This document shows, piece by piece, positions 9,092 through 19,417 of a DNA stretch of 64,000 nt. Below the pieces are notes generated by a model, which had not been told where the DNA came from, searched no databases, and saw nothing but the letters and a program-made list of their open reading frames with translations. The stretch is taken from contig JBIJDH010000024.1 in NCBI GenBank assembly GCA_044344255.1, forward strand, positions 32,001 through 96,000. Reading direction: 5' to 3'. This DNA is from Myxococcota bacterium. GTDB lineage: Bacteria > Myxococcota_A > UBA796 > UBA2385. Each line of letters starts with the position of its first letter. Position 1 is the stretch's first letter. The translations under genes were made by a program, and so were the position numbers.

Positions 9092-10371
9092 GCGCTCACG
9101 AGGCGGAGGAGGAGGTCGACCCCGCGGGGGCTGGCCCCGGCGCGGGCGAGGGTCTGTCGCAGATCGTTGCGGGCCTCGAGGAAGAAGGCGGCCATCGTGC
9201 GGAGCAGCTCGGGGGAGGGCGAGCCGGCGTCGAGGAAGCCCTGCCAACGCTCCGCGGGAAGCGCGAAGAAGGCGTCGAAGAAGGCCTCGGTGCCGGCCCG
9301 GTCAAGGCCGCCGATCACGCCCATCCCAAATCGATAGACCGCCCACTGCCGCAGGCGGTCGAGGGGCCAGAGGGTGTCCCACGCCTGCCGAGAGACCTCC
9401 GCGGGGCTGCCTTCGGCCGTGGCGAGCAGGCGGGCGAGGGCGGGGGCCTCCCGGAGGGCTCGGGCGACCTGATAGCCCGTAGCGGGGTGCACCATCCCGG
9501 CGGCGGCGCCAAAGCCGAGCGTGCGCTGTCCGATCGCCGGCATCGTGCCCCCCATCGGGATGACACACCGCTCTTCGGAGAGGACCCGCGTGGGCCGGAG
9601 CCCCATCCGGCTGAGCCGGCGAGAGAGGCGCCCCGCCAAGACCTCGAAGGAGACAGGCTGATCGCGGACGAGCACCGTCTCCTCGACGAAGATCTGGTGC
9701 CGGCCGAGAGGCAGGGCATAGAGGAAGGTGGGGAGGGCCTCGACGGCCGCGTCGACGAGCTCCGGCCCAGGGCGAAGGGCAGAGAGGGGCCGCCAGTCCA
9801 TCAGGACCATCTCACCCGGCTCGAAGGGGTGGCCCTCGACCTCGATGAGCTGCCCATAGGCCGACTGGAAGCCCGGAGAGCCGGAGCGCCCGGGGGTGAG
9901 CAAGGTCTGTCGGCCGGTGGCGTCCACCACGTGGCGGGCCTCGAAGACCCGCCCATCCGAGAGGGTGACGGCGCTGCCGCGCTCGCCGTGAGAGACCGCC
10001 ACGGCCTGCCCGGGCTCGTGATCGACCCCTAAGCAGAGGCAGCGGTCTGCGAAGAGCTGCTGGAGCCGTGCCGTGTCGAGCCGGGCGTACCGACGCCCCA
10101 GGTTGAGCTCGGGGCGGGAGGAGGTGGAGACGCGCGGGCAGAGCCAGGTCGCCTCGACCACGCCCGGGTCTTCCGGGAAGAGGCCCTCGATCTCCGAAGA
10201 CCAGGCACCGTAATTGTGCGTCCAGCCGGCCAGCGGCTCCGGGGAGATCAAGCGGACCCTCAGGCCCTCCGCCGCGCTCGCCGCGGCCAGCGAGACCGCG
10301 GCGGGGCCGCCGCCGACGACCAGAAGATCGACGGAGGGGGCGCCCAGGGTGCGGTCGGGGAGTGCGTTCAT
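9088..10371 (-). CDS. crtY: Lycopene cyclase (CrtL/CrtY FAD family)
   Basis: VVGGGPAA, NYGAW, FQSAYG, MDWR, PTFLYA, EET, IPMGG, AGMVHPATGY. Confidence 0.85.
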   Translation of the reverse strand: MNALPDRTLGAPSVDLLVVGGGPAAVSLAAASAAEGLRVRLISPEPLAGWTHNYGAWSSEIEGLFPEDPGVVEATWLCPRVSTSSRPELNLGRRYARLDTARLQQLFADRCLCLGVDHEPGQAVAVSHGERGSAVTLSDGRVFEARHVVDATGRQTLLTPGRSGSPGFQSAYGQLIEVEGHPFEPGEMVLMDWRPLSALRPGPELVDAAVEALPTFLYALPLGRHQIFVEETVLVRDQPVSFEVLAGRLSRRLSRMGLRPTRVLSEERCVIPMGGTMPAIGQRTLGFGAAAGMVHPATGYQVARALREAPALARLLATAEGSPAEVSRQAWDTLWPLDRLRQWAVYRFGMGVIGGLDRAGTEAFFDAFFALPAERWQGFLDAGSPSPELLRTMAAFFLEARNDLRQTLARAGASPRGVDLLLRLVSA

Positions 10372-10410
10372 GGGGAGCCTCGAGGGAGGGCCGAAGGTGT
10401 GTGCGAACCA

Positions 10411-10449
10411 CTTGCCAAGTGTATACACAGGTTGTATATGGATGGCAAG
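10411..10449. promoter_or_regulatory. Dyad operator overlapping divergent crt promoters (candidate CarH site)
   Basis: CTTGCCA-N4-TATACA-N5-TGTATA-N4-TGGCAAG; AT-rich; TTGCCA -35-like hexamer on both strands. Confidence 0.7.
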
Positions 10450-10466
10450 AGCCAAGTGCAAAGTCC

Positions 10467-11651
10467 ATGCGCACCGCCCCTCCACCGGAGGATCCCCTGC
10501 TCCAGCTCAGCCCCACGCACAGCCAGCCCAGCGCAGACGCCCTGCAGCGCCCTGGCGCCTTCCTTTGGTGGTACCTGGACTTGATCGACGAGCGCGGCGA
10601 CGGCCTCGTGCTCATCTTCTCGTGGGGCCTGCCCTTCCTCCCCGGCCTCGCCGCCGCCGCCCGTGACGGACAGGCGACCCCGCCGTCGGCCCGGCCGAGC
10701 GTCTGCTTCTCGCTCTATGAGGGTGGAAAGACCACCTTCTACCTCCTTCAAGAGCTCGATCCCGGCGCAGCCCACTGTGACGTCTCGGGGCGGCTCCGCA
10801 TCGGCAGCTCGACGCTCGAGACCACCCTCGAGGCCGACGGCGGCCTCCTCGTCGAGGCCTCGCTCGACTGCCCGATCCCCGGCAGCGTCGAGCGCCTCGT
10901 GGGGCGCGTCGTGGCGCGGGGCCGCCCTCGCGTCGGCGGCGACGACGGCGACGGCGACGCCTACCCTGCACACACCTGGAGCCCCCGCCTCGCCGCCGCC
11001 GATGCCACCGCGCGCCTGCTCATCGGCGGCCGGCGCAGCGTCGAGCTCCACGGCCGCGGCTACCACGATCGTAACGACGGCACGGCCCCCCTCCACGCCC
11101 ACGGCATCCGCGAGTGGTGGTGGGCTCGGCTCGCGCTGCCCGATCGGGAGCTGGTCTGGTACGCCCTCGCAGCGGAGGTCTCCGCGGGGGCCACAGCCTC
11201 CGGTGACCGGCAGATCCTGATGGAGATCGGCCGCGACGGCGCCGCCCGACGGCTGGACTCCCCCGAAGATCGCCACCCCGGCGCGCTCGGCCCCGCGGCC
11301 GACCTTCACCTCTTCGGCCCGCGTAGCCCCCGCCGCCTGCGCCTCCACGACAGCGCGGGAGCCCCCGTCGAGGCCCGCCTGCGCTGCATCGACGACAGCC
11401 CCTTCTACCAGCGCTTCACCCTCGAGGGGCGCTCGGCCCAGGGCCCCGTCCGCGGCTTCGCGGAGCGGGTGCGGCCGGCGGCGATCGACCCCGACTGGAT
11501 GCGCCCCCTGGTGCGGATGCGGGTCCACGCCGTCGGCCGCCAGAGCTCCCGCTGGCTGCCCCTCTTCAACGGCCCGGTCGAGACCCGCCTCTCCCGGCTC
11601 ATCCAGCATATGCTCCGCCCCTCCCTCCAGCTCGCCGCGGTGACCGGGTGA
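10467..11651 (+). CDS. crtC: Carotenoid 1,2-hydratase (CrtC-like)
   Basis: WWYLD, HTWSP, GYHDRN, WWWAR, DDSPFYQR; lies in the crt cluster. Confidence 0.75.
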   Translation: MRTAPPPEDPLLQLSPTHSQPSADALQRPGAFLWWYLDLIDERGDGLVLIFSWGLPFLPGLAAAARDGQATPPSARPSVCFSLYEGGKTTFYLLQELDPGAAHCDVSGRLRIGSSTLETTLEADGGLLVEASLDCPIPGSVERLVGRVVARGRPRVGGDDGDGDAYPAHTWSPRLAAADATARLLIGGRRSVELHGRGYHDRNDGTAPLHAHGIREWWWARLALPDRELVWYALAAEVSAGATASGDRQILMEIGRDGAARRLDSPEDRHPGALGPAADLHLFGPRSPRRLRLHDSAGAPVEARLRCIDDSPFYQRFTLEGRSAQGPVRGFAERVRPAAIDPDWMRPLVRMRVHAVGRQSSRWLPLFNGPVETRLSRLIQHMLRPSLQLAAVTG

Positions 11652-12835
11652 ACGCTCCCCTTGACGAGCTCATGCCCTGGCTCCTCCTCACGCTGCCGGC
11701 GGCGGTGCCCTTCGGCCTGACCCTCTTGAACCTCGCCACCTGGGCCGACGCCCCGCGGGAGGGCGCCTTCCGATCGTCGGTCTCGGTGCTGATCCCCGCC
11801 CGCGACGAGGCCGCCACCATCGAGCGCTGCGTCCGCGCCGTGGTGGGATCCGGCCTACCGGTGCGGGAGATCGTGGTCTGCGACGACGGCTCCACCGACG
11901 GCACCGGCGACATCCTCCGCCGCCTGCAGGCCGAGCTCCCGCTCCTCCGCGTGATCCAGGGAGCCCCCCTGCCGCCGGGCTGGGTGGGCAAGGTGCACGC
12001 CACCCACCAGCTCGCGCAGGCCGCCCAGGGTGAGCTGCTGCTCTTCCTCGACGCCGACGTCGCCCTCTCTCCCGGCGGCCTCGCCCGCCTCGCCGCCCTC
12101 GCCGAGACGCCGGTGCCGGGCACGCTCTCCGGCCATGTGGGCCCGCCCGACGTGGTCACGGCCGTGCCGCTCCAGCGTATGGGCACCGCCGCCGAGCGGC
12201 TGCTGATGCCTCTGCTCTACCTCTCCTACACGGCCTGGCTGCCCGAGCTCCTGGTGCCCCGCCTCTCCGACCCTCGGCTGCTCGCGGCCAACGGCCAGCT
12301 CCTGCTCATCCGCCGCGCGGCGCTCGATCGTATCGGCGGCTTCGGCGCGGTGCAGGCCGAGGTGGTCGATGACATGGCGCTGTGCCGGAGGGTGAAGGCG
12401 TCGGGCGGCCAGGTGCTCTTCGCCGACGGCCGTCGCCTCGCCACCTGCCGCATGTATGACTCGGGGAGCGCGCTCTGGCGCGGCTTCTCGAAGAACCTCT
12501 ACGAGGGGGTGGGCGGGCACCCGCTGGCGCTGGCCTTCGTGGTGGCCCTGCACCTCGCCTGCTTCGTGGTCCCCTACCTCGCCGTGCCCATCGCCCTCCT
12601 CGCCGACGCCCCCGCCTGGGCCCTGGCCGGGCTCGCGGGCGTGCTGCTGAACACGGCGATGCGGGGGGCGATGGCGCTCCGCTGGGGGCACCCCCTCTGG
12701 AGCGTGATCGCACACCCCGTGGGCGTCCTCGGCCTGCTGGGAATCGCCTTCACCTCGATGCGCTGGAGCCGCCAGGGCCAGATCCAGTGGCGGGGCCGCA
12801 GCTACGCCGCCCGACCGCTGCGGGGGGCTCCATGA
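11648..12835 (+). CDS. Family 2 glycosyltransferase, probable carotenoid glycosyltransferase
   Basis: IPARDE, DDGSTDGT, GWVGK, FLDAD, ANGQ, VDDMAL, CRMY, WRGRSY. Confidence 0.85.
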   Translation: MNAPLDELMPWLLLTLPAAVPFGLTLLNLATWADAPREGAFRSSVSVLIPARDEAATIERCVRAVVGSGLPVREIVVCDDGSTDGTGDILRRLQAELPLLRVIQGAPLPPGWVGKVHATHQLAQAAQGELLLFLDADVALSPGGLARLAALAETPVPGTLSGHVGPPDVVTAVPLQRMGTAAERLLMPLLYLSYTAWLPELLVPRLSDPRLLAANGQLLLIRRAALDRIGGFGAVQAEVVDDMALCRRVKASGGQVLFADGRRLATCRMYDSGSALWRGFSKNLYEGVGGHPLALAFVVALHLACFVVPYLAVPIALLADAPAWALAGLAGVLLNTAMRGAMALRWGHPLWSVIAHPVGVLGLLGIAFTSMRWSRQGQIQWRGRSYAARPLRGAP

Positions 12836-13599
12836 GCGAGTCCCTGCGCCTGCCACGCCCGCCGCGAGACGCGCGCTCGCCTACGTTCCTGCGGCTCGTG
12901 CGCCCCTACGTGCGGCGGCGAATCTCGCGCGAGCTCGACGGGCTGTGGGTCTCCGGCCTGGAGCCGCTGCGCGCTCGGCTGGCCGAGGGGCCCCTGCTGC
13001 TCGCACCCACCCATGTCTCCTGGTGGGACGCCTTCCTGCTCGTCGCCCTCGACGAGGCCCTGGGCGCCGAGGGCTGGTGCCTGATGGACGCCGACAACCT
13101 CGCCCGGCTGCCCTTCTTCGGCTGGATCGGCGCCCTGCCCCTCGACCGCACCGGCGGCGCGCGCGCCCGACGGGGGCTCGAATTTGCCGCCGCCAAGCTG
13201 AGCGGCCCCGGCAAGGCCCTCTGGGTCTTCCCACAAGGTCGGCAGCGGCCGGCCCACCTCCGCCCGCTCGGCCTCGCGCCCGGGGTCCGCCTCTTGCAGC
13301 GGCTCACCCAGGCGCCGGTGGTGCCGATCAGCCTGAACTACCTCTTCCGCGAGGGCGAGCGGCCCGCCGCCTTCGCCGCGATCGGGCGCCCGGTGGAGGG
13401 GGACCTCCTCCCCGGCCTCGAGGCCTCCCTCGTCCAGGGCCTCGACGCCATCGATCGGTTCGTCGATCGGGGCCAGGGCGACTTCCGGCCCCTCGTCGCC
13501 CCGCACGGCGCCCGCAGCGAGGCGGGCCGCGGCGCGCGCCTGCTGCGGCAGCTCGGCGGCGCCACCCCCGAGCGCGACCCGGCCGGAGCGGGGCCATGA
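12832..13599 (+). CDS. PlsC-like acyltransferase, probable carotenoid-glycoside acyltransferase
   Basis: HVSWWD (HxxxxD), VFPQG; coupled to the glycosyltransferase. Confidence 0.8.
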   Translation: MSESLRLPRPPRDARSPTFLRLVRPYVRRRISRELDGLWVSGLEPLRARLAEGPLLLAPTHVSWWDAFLLVALDEALGAEGWCLMDADNLARLPFFGWIGALPLDRTGGARARRGLEFAAAKLSGPGKALWVFPQGRQRPAHLRPLGLAPGVRLLQRLTQAPVVPISLNYLFREGERPAAFAAIGRPVEGDLLPGLEASLVQGLDAIDRFVDRGQGDFRPLVAPHGARSEAGRGARLLRQLGGATPERDPAGAGP

Positions 13600-15125
13600 G
13601 CAAGGCTCGCGGCCCGCGGGTGATCGTGGTCGGCGCGGGCCTCGGGGGCCTCGCCGCGGCCATCGAGCTGGCTCACGCCGGCTGCCAGGTCCGCCTCCAA
13701 GAGGCGTTGGACCGCCCCGGCGGCAAGGCGGGGGTGGTGACCTGCGATGGGGTGGAGCTCGACAGCGGGCCGAGCCTGCTCACCTTACCCGACGTGGCCT
13801 TCGCCCTGCTCGACCGCCTCCCCGGCGGCCGCGACCGCCTCAAGCTCCGTCGGCCCTCTCCCGCCTTCCGCTACCTCTACGTGGATGGCGCCGTAGTCGA
13901 CGTCTTCGTCGAGCCGGAGGCCACCCTCGCGAGCGTGCGCGCCGCGCTCGGCGCCGAGGCCGCCGACGACCTCCAGGGCTTCCTCGACTACTCCCGGCAG
14001 ATCTGGGAGGCCGCCGCCCCGCCCTTCGTCTTCGGCCCGGCGCCGGAGTTGTCCAACCTCTTCGGCCTCGCCCAGGGCTGGTCGGCGCTCGGGGCGCTCC
14101 GCCACATCGACCCCCTCCGGACGATGAAGACGGCGATCCACGGGCGGATCCGCTCCCCGCACCTGCGGATGCTGCTCGAGCGTTACGCCACCTACAACGG
14201 CTCCGACGTGCGGGCCGCGCCCGCCACCCTCAACTGCATCGCCCACGTCGAGCTCGCCCTCGGCGGCTTCGGCGTGGAGGGCGGGATCGGCGCCCTGATC
14301 GAGGCCCTGACGGCGGTGGCCGTGGGCCTCGGGGTCGAGCTCCACCTCGGCGCGCCGGTCGCGGGCCTCCGCGTGGAGGGCGGCCGGGCGCGCGGGATCC
14401 GACTTCCGGACGGCGCGGAGATCGACGCCGACGCCGTCGTCGTCAACGCCGACGTGGCCTCGCTCTCCGAGGGTCCCGGGGGCCCCGAGGGCGGCCTCCT
14501 CCCCGCCGCCCATCGCGGGGCGGTGTCGGCCCCCGCCACCCCCTCGATGTCCGGCTGGACGGCCCTCTTCCGCGCCCGCCGCAGGCCCGACCGTGTCGCT
14601 CACACCGTCCTCTTCCCTGCTGACTATGGTCAGGAGATGGTCGACCTCTTCGACCGCGGCCGCCCGCCCGAGGCCCCGACCGTCTATGTCTGCGCCCAGG
14701 CGGTGGCCCACGGCCGGGCCGGCTGGGCCGAGGAGGAGCCCCTCTTCGTGATGATCAACGCCCCCGCCGAGCCGCGCCGGGGCCCCTCGCCCACCGACGG
14801 CGCGCGCCTCTGTGCACAGGCCCGCCAGCGCCTCGAGGCCGCGGGCCTGCTCCTCCCGAACGATCGGCTCCTCTGGGAGCGTGCCCCCGCCGGCCTCGCC
14901 GCCGCCTTCCCCGGCAGCCGCGGCGCCATCTACGGCGCCGCCTCCAACAGCCCCACCGCCGCCTTCGCCCGCCCGGCCAACCGCGTCCGCGCCCTGCCGG
15001 GCCTCTACCTCGCCTCCGGAGGCGCCCACCCCGGCGGCGGCATGCCCCTCGTGATGATGTCGGGTCGGCTCGCCGCCGCCGCCCTGCTCGAAGACCACCC
15101 CGCCGCCGCCTGGAGCCGCCCGTGA
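13596..15125 (+). CDS. Second CrtI-family FAD desaturase (CrtD-like)
   Basis: GAGLGGLA, DSGPSLLT, YATYNGS, GAIYG, HPGGGMP. Confidence 0.8.
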   Translation: MSKARGPRVIVVGAGLGGLAAAIELAHAGCQVRLQEALDRPGGKAGVVTCDGVELDSGPSLLTLPDVAFALLDRLPGGRDRLKLRRPSPAFRYLYVDGAVVDVFVEPEATLASVRAALGAEAADDLQGFLDYSRQIWEAAAPPFVFGPAPELSNLFGLAQGWSALGALRHIDPLRTMKTAIHGRIRSPHLRMLLERYATYNGSDVRAAPATLNCIAHVELALGGFGVEGGIGALIEALTAVAVGLGVELHLGAPVAGLRVEGGRARGIRLPDGAEIDADAVVVNADVASLSEGPGGPEGGLLPAAHRGAVSAPATPSMSGWTALFRARRRPDRVAHTVLFPADYGQEMVDLFDRGRPPEAPTVYVCAQAVAHGRAGWAEEEPLFVMINAPAEPRRGPSPTDGARLCAQARQRLEAAGLLLPNDRLLWERAPAGLAAAFPGSRGAIYGAASNSPTAAFARPANRVRALPGLYLASGGAHPGGGMPLVMMSGRLAAAALLEDHPAAAWSRP

Positions 15126-15892
15126 TCACCCTCAGCCTGTGGGCGGCGCTCACCCCCTCCGCGGCCGCCCTCCCGCCCGGCGGCGACCTCCTGCCCGGGA
15201 CCTATGGCCTCGAGCTCTCGCTCGCCTCCCTGGCCGACCTCCCCTTCCTCGGCTCGACGCCGGGGAGGAGCCTGTCCTGGAGCCTCACCACCGTCTCGGC
15301 CACCCCGGAGGGCCTCGTCCAGTCCCACAAGACCTGCGCCGTGCGCATGGAGGGCCGGACGGGGAATTCGAGCGTCCACGTGCCCGCCGCCTTCGTCGCC
15401 GCCCTGCCGGTCCGCACCTACCCGATAGACCTGAGCGCCGGCTATACCGCCGACCTCGGGCTCGACGCCGTCGGCTTCGACCCCGCCCGCGGCCCGCTGC
15501 CCACGCGGATCGACGAGCCCGCCGTGATCGACTGGGACCACGACGGACAGCCCGGCGCCACCGTCGAGCTCCGCATCCCCCTCCTCGGCACCTTTCAGCT
15601 CTATGTCGCCCAACAGGCCCACATCCGCCTGGAGGGAAAGACGAATGGGGCCGACGGGGCCAACGGAGGCGGCGGCGCGAGCGGCGGTGTCGCCTACGTG
15701 GCCTTCGACCAGCACACCCTCGGCGCCAGCAGCGCCTTCTTCGATCGCTCCCCCCGGGTCGCGCCGGTGCCGGAAGACAGCCGCTTCACGCTGATCCCCC
15801 TCCCCGCCGGCGCCCGCTGCGAGGCCGTGCGGACCGTCTTCTGTGACCGCGGCCTCTCCCGCAGCGCCTGCGCCGACCCCTCGAAGGAGTGA
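15122..15892 (+). CDS. Secreted hypothetical protein
   Basis: Signal-like N-terminus; DWDHDGQPG; GTGA overlap with the desaturase. Confidence 0.65.
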   Translation: MITLSLWAALTPSAAALPPGGDLLPGTYGLELSLASLADLPFLGSTPGRSLSWSLTTVSATPEGLVQSHKTCAVRMEGRTGNSSVHVPAAFVAALPVRTYPIDLSAGYTADLGLDAVGFDPARGPLPTRIDEPAVIDWDHDGQPGATVELRIPLLGTFQLYVAQQAHIRLEGKTNGADGANGGGGASGGVAYVAFDQHTLGASSAFFDRSPRVAPVPEDSRFTLIPLPAGARCEAVRTVFCDRGLSRSACADPSKE

Positions 15893-15962
15893 GCCCACCG
15901 GCGACGGCTCCCGGCCCTCCCCGGGGGCTTGAGTTACGCTGGAGGTCGCCGAGAGGTTTTGT

Positions 15963-16844
15963 ATGCTTTCCCTGCTGCTGATGCTCCTCGCCTGCCGCTC
16001 CAACGCACACCGGGGGATAGAGGCCAAGGGCGGAAGCGGCGAAGACAGCGGCGAGCCGACGGACAGCGATGAGCCCGGCGACAGCGATGAGCCCGGCGAC
16101 AGCGATGAGCCCAGCGACAGCGGAGAGGGGCTCCCAACCGGCTGGCCGGAGGAGCTGCCCGCCTGCGCCGATCTCGCGGACCCCTTCCCTCTCGCGGGGC
16201 TCGACGACATCGACGCGGCCTGGGCCGGTCGCCCCGAGTCGGCGGTGGTGGGCGCCGCGATGGCGCTCGTACGAGGCGCCTCCGAGGCCGGCGGCTGTCC
16301 GAGCCTGGTGGACGATCCCTGTGGCGCGGGCACCGTCTTTACGGGCGGCTGCGAGGCCGGGGATGTGACGGCCACGGGCTCTGGTTGGAGCGACGCCTGC
16401 GACGATGGCGGAACCTGGACCTGGTCCGACTTCTCCGTCGCCGATCCGGTGGCAGGTTGGTCCTTCGCGGCGGAGGGGATGGCCTCCTTCGTTATCTCGG
16501 GCGACCAGCTCGAGGACTGGGAGATGGAGGCGACCCTGCACGGTGTCTGCGCCGACGGTGGCTGCGACGGCGTCTATCATTGGAGCGGCACCCACTTCAT
16601 CGGGGGAATGGTGGAGGAGCGACACCAGCGGGCCACCATCGAAGCAGAGGGAGACAGCCGCCAGGGGGAGCTCTGTATCGATGAGTCCCGGGTCCCCGAG
16701 CCCACCTGTGCGGAGGAGGATGTGGGCTGGACCATCCTCCAGGGAGACCGGGTCGTCGTCGCCCTCTGGGACGGAGACATCGCCTGCGATGGCTGCGCGC
16801 GGCTCTTCATCGAGGGGGAGGAGGTGGGCGGGTGGTGTCCCTGA
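15963..16844 (+). CDS. Cys-rich lipoprotein with DSDEPG repeats
   Basis: Lipobox LLAC; 18-bp repeats near 16042-16120; many Cys. Confidence 0.7.
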   Translation: MLSLLLMLLACRSNAHRGIEAKGGSGEDSGEPTDSDEPGDSDEPGDSDEPSDSGEGLPTGWPEELPACADLADPFPLAGLDDIDAAWAGRPESAVVGAAMALVRGASEAGGCPSLVDDPCGAGTVFTGGCEAGDVTATGSGWSDACDDGGTWTWSDFSVADPVAGWSFAAEGMASFVISGDQLEDWEMEATLHGVCADGGCDGVYHWSGTHFIGGMVEERHQRATIEAEGDSRQGELCIDESRVPEPTCAEEDVGWTILQGDRVVVALWDGDIACDGCARLFIEGEEVGGWCP

Positions 16845-16921
16845 GCGCGCAGGTGGGCGGCCGCCGAGAGGGAGCGCCCCTCGGAGGCCCGGGGTATGGC
16901 ACCCGCAAAACCGAGGTCCTG

Positions 16922-19321
16922 ATGCGCCGCCGCCGTGGAGTCCCGCCGCTCCTCCTCCTGGTCCTCTTGCAGGCCGCCTGCGGGGGGTCGGAGCCCCCGA
17001 GCGGCTCCCCCGACGCGGCCGACGGCTCGGCCATCGACACCGACACCCACGACCCGACAGACGCGGACACCGACGCGGACACCGACGCGGACAGCGACAC
17101 CGACACAGACACGGACGCTGACGATTCGGGCGACACCGGCTCCGCCGCCTCCTGTGGCCAGCGCTTCGCGGGCTGGCCGGCCCCCGCACGGGCGCGTTTC
17201 GCCGGCTTCTCGGCGGCGACCGTGCTCGACCTCGACGGCGACGGCCTCCTTGACTTCGCCACCTGCTGGATCAACGTCAACTGGGCCCTGAACCAGGGAG
17301 GCCCCTGGGTGGTCGAGGGTGAGCTGGCCGTCACGCTCGAAGGGATAGACCTGGACGACTACTGCGAGGACATCGAGGGCCTCGACGTCGATGGGGATGG
17401 TGACCAGGACGTCCTCGTCTCCGCCTACTACACCGGTGGGCTCCGCTGGTTCGAGAACGACGGCGCGGGCGGGCTCACCGACGGTGGCCTGCTCGGGAGC
17501 GGGGTCACCTCTCTGGCCTACATGGCGGTGGGTGACTTCGACGGGGACGGCGCCGTTGACGTGGCGGCCCACCCCCTGGTCTTCTGGAATGACGGAGGCG
17601 GGACCTTCACCCCCGCGCCCTCACCTTGCACCGGGACACCACGGTACGGCGCGGCCGCCATCTTGCCCGGCGGGGCCTCTCTGCTCACCTGTACCTCGGC
17701 CGGCACCGCCTTTGTCGCCAGCGCCGCGCGTATTTGGACCGCCGCCTCTATCGATCCCGATTGCGGCGCCTGGCAGATAGACGGGGGACCTGTCAGCGCG
17801 GCTGACTTTGACGGGGACGGCGACCTGGACACGCTCGCGACCTGGAACGAGAGTGTCTATGTGTGTGAGGGAGACGGTTCGGGTGCGCTCAGCCTCGGGG
17901 CGACGCTGACCCCGGGCGGCGATGCCCGGGTCTCCAACCTCATGGATGTGGACGGGGACGGCTTCGTAGACTTCGCGGTCTACAGCGGGGGCAACCTCGC
18001 CGGCGCCGACCTCACGCTCTATCATGGGAGCGCCTCGGGCTTCGTGGCCACCGATCTGCTCCACCTGTCGGAGGAGACCGTGCAGAGCGGGGGCGCCATC
18101 TATCAGGACATGGACGGAGATGGCTCCGCAGATGTGTTGGTGTGGAACGGTCACAGCGACACCATCTCCTGGTTCGCCTCCGACGGGGCGGGTGGGTTCC
18201 CAGAGAGCTGGTCCGTCATCCCCGAGGTCAATCATGACCAGGCGGCCACCGCTGCCGACCTGGACGGCGACGGAGCGCCCGAGATCGTCGCCGCGACCTA
18301 TGACTCGGCCCGTGTCTACTGGAACGACGGAGCGCGTATCTTGACTGAAGGCGGCGAGGCGACGGTCGACCTCAGCTCCTGGTTCAACGACACACGCATC
18401 TGGCCAGGCGGCGTCGAGCTCGACGGTACCCCGGGAGAGGAGGCCATAGCCACCACATCCGACGGCGCCACCTTCGCGGTCCTGGACGGCGATGGGCGTG
18501 GCTTTACCGCCACCGCCTACGCCGGGCCGGAGGTGGACGTAGACACCACCTTCCAACACGCGGCAGACCTCGACGGCGACGGAGATGACGAGCTCCTGAT
18601 CGAGAACGCGGCCGTCAACAGAGGAGACATGGACGGCGATGGCGTCATCGACGACGAGGTGAAGATCCTCATCGGCGGCCTCGGCGAGGCGGGCTTCCCC
18701 ACCGCCTGGACCGACCTCGTGTTCAGCCTCGGGCCCGACCCGGTGCTCGCCCTGACGATGGACGCCGACCTCGACGGCGACGGCCTCGTCGACCTCGCGA
18801 TCGTAGACGCCGCGGGCGTCCGCCTGTGGGGCTGGGACGGCGCTGCGCTGGTCGAGCGCGTCTCCACCGACCTCATCTGGGGCGGAGGCTCCGCCGATTA
18901 CACCGCCCGCGCCTGGCTCGCCTCCACCGACGCCGACGGAGACGGCGACATCGACCTCCTCATCGCGCTCCGCGGGCTGGCCTCTGTCCAGGTGCTCGAG
19001 AACGACGGCGCCGGAGCCTTCACGGCCGGGGCCATCGTGGCCGTGCCCGCGTCGCTGGAGGAGGCGGCCTACGCAGCGCTGGCCGACCTCTCCGGGGACG
19101 GCCACCTGGACGCCTGGACGCTCGACGGCGACGACGGCGTCGTCCGGAGCTGGCGAGAGACGGAGGCGGGCTGGGAGACGCTGTTGCTCCAGACGATCGG
19201 CATCCTCAACCACGGCACGGCCCGGGACATCGACGGTGACGGTGTCGCCGACCTCGTGGGCGCGGGTGGCCGCCAGTTGTGGGTCTATTGGGGCACGGGC
19301 AAGGAGGTGCCCTGCGAGTGA
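16922..19321 (+). CDS. FG-GAP/VCBS repeat lipoprotein
   Basis: Lipobox QAAC; DADT linker; many D(L/F/M)DGDG..D motifs. Confidence 0.85.
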   Translation: MRRRRGVPPLLLLVLLQAACGGSEPPSGSPDAADGSAIDTDTHDPTDADTDADTDADSDTDTDTDADDSGDTGSAASCGQRFAGWPAPARARFAGFSAATVLDLDGDGLLDFATCWINVNWALNQGGPWVVEGELAVTLEGIDLDDYCEDIEGLDVDGDGDQDVLVSAYYTGGLRWFENDGAGGLTDGGLLGSGVTSLAYMAVGDFDGDGAVDVAAHPLVFWNDGGGTFTPAPSPCTGTPRYGAAAILPGGASLLTCTSAGTAFVASAARIWTAASIDPDCGAWQIDGGPVSAADFDGDGDLDTLATWNESVYVCEGDGSGALSLGATLTPGGDARVSNLMDVDGDGFVDFAVYSGGNLAGADLTLYHGSASGFVATDLLHLSEETVQSGGAIYQDMDGDGSADVLVWNGHSDTISWFASDGAGGFPESWSVIPEVNHDQAATAADLDGDGAPEIVAATYDSARVYWNDGARILTEGGEATVDLSSWFNDTRIWPGGVELDGTPGEEAIATTSDGATFAVLDGDGRGFTATAYAGPEVDVDTTFQHAADLDGDGDDELLIENAAVNRGDMDGDGVIDDEVKILIGGLGEAGFPTAWTDLVFSLGPDPVLALTMDADLDGDGLVDLAIVDAAGVRLWGWDGAALVERVSTDLIWGGGSADYTARAWLASTDADGDGDIDLLIALRGLASVQVLENDGAGAFTAGAIVAVPASLEEAAYAALADLSGDGHLDAWTLDGDDGVVRSWRETEAGWETLLLQTIGILNHGTARDIDGDGVADLVGAGGRQLWVYWGTGKEVPCE

Positions 19322-19417
19322 AGGGCAGCGTCGGATGTGCGGCCGAGGCGGCGCTCATCGGCCTCGGAGAGGTGGAGCCCCCGCGCCGCCAGATGGCCGC
19401 GCCGATGTGGGCCTGCA

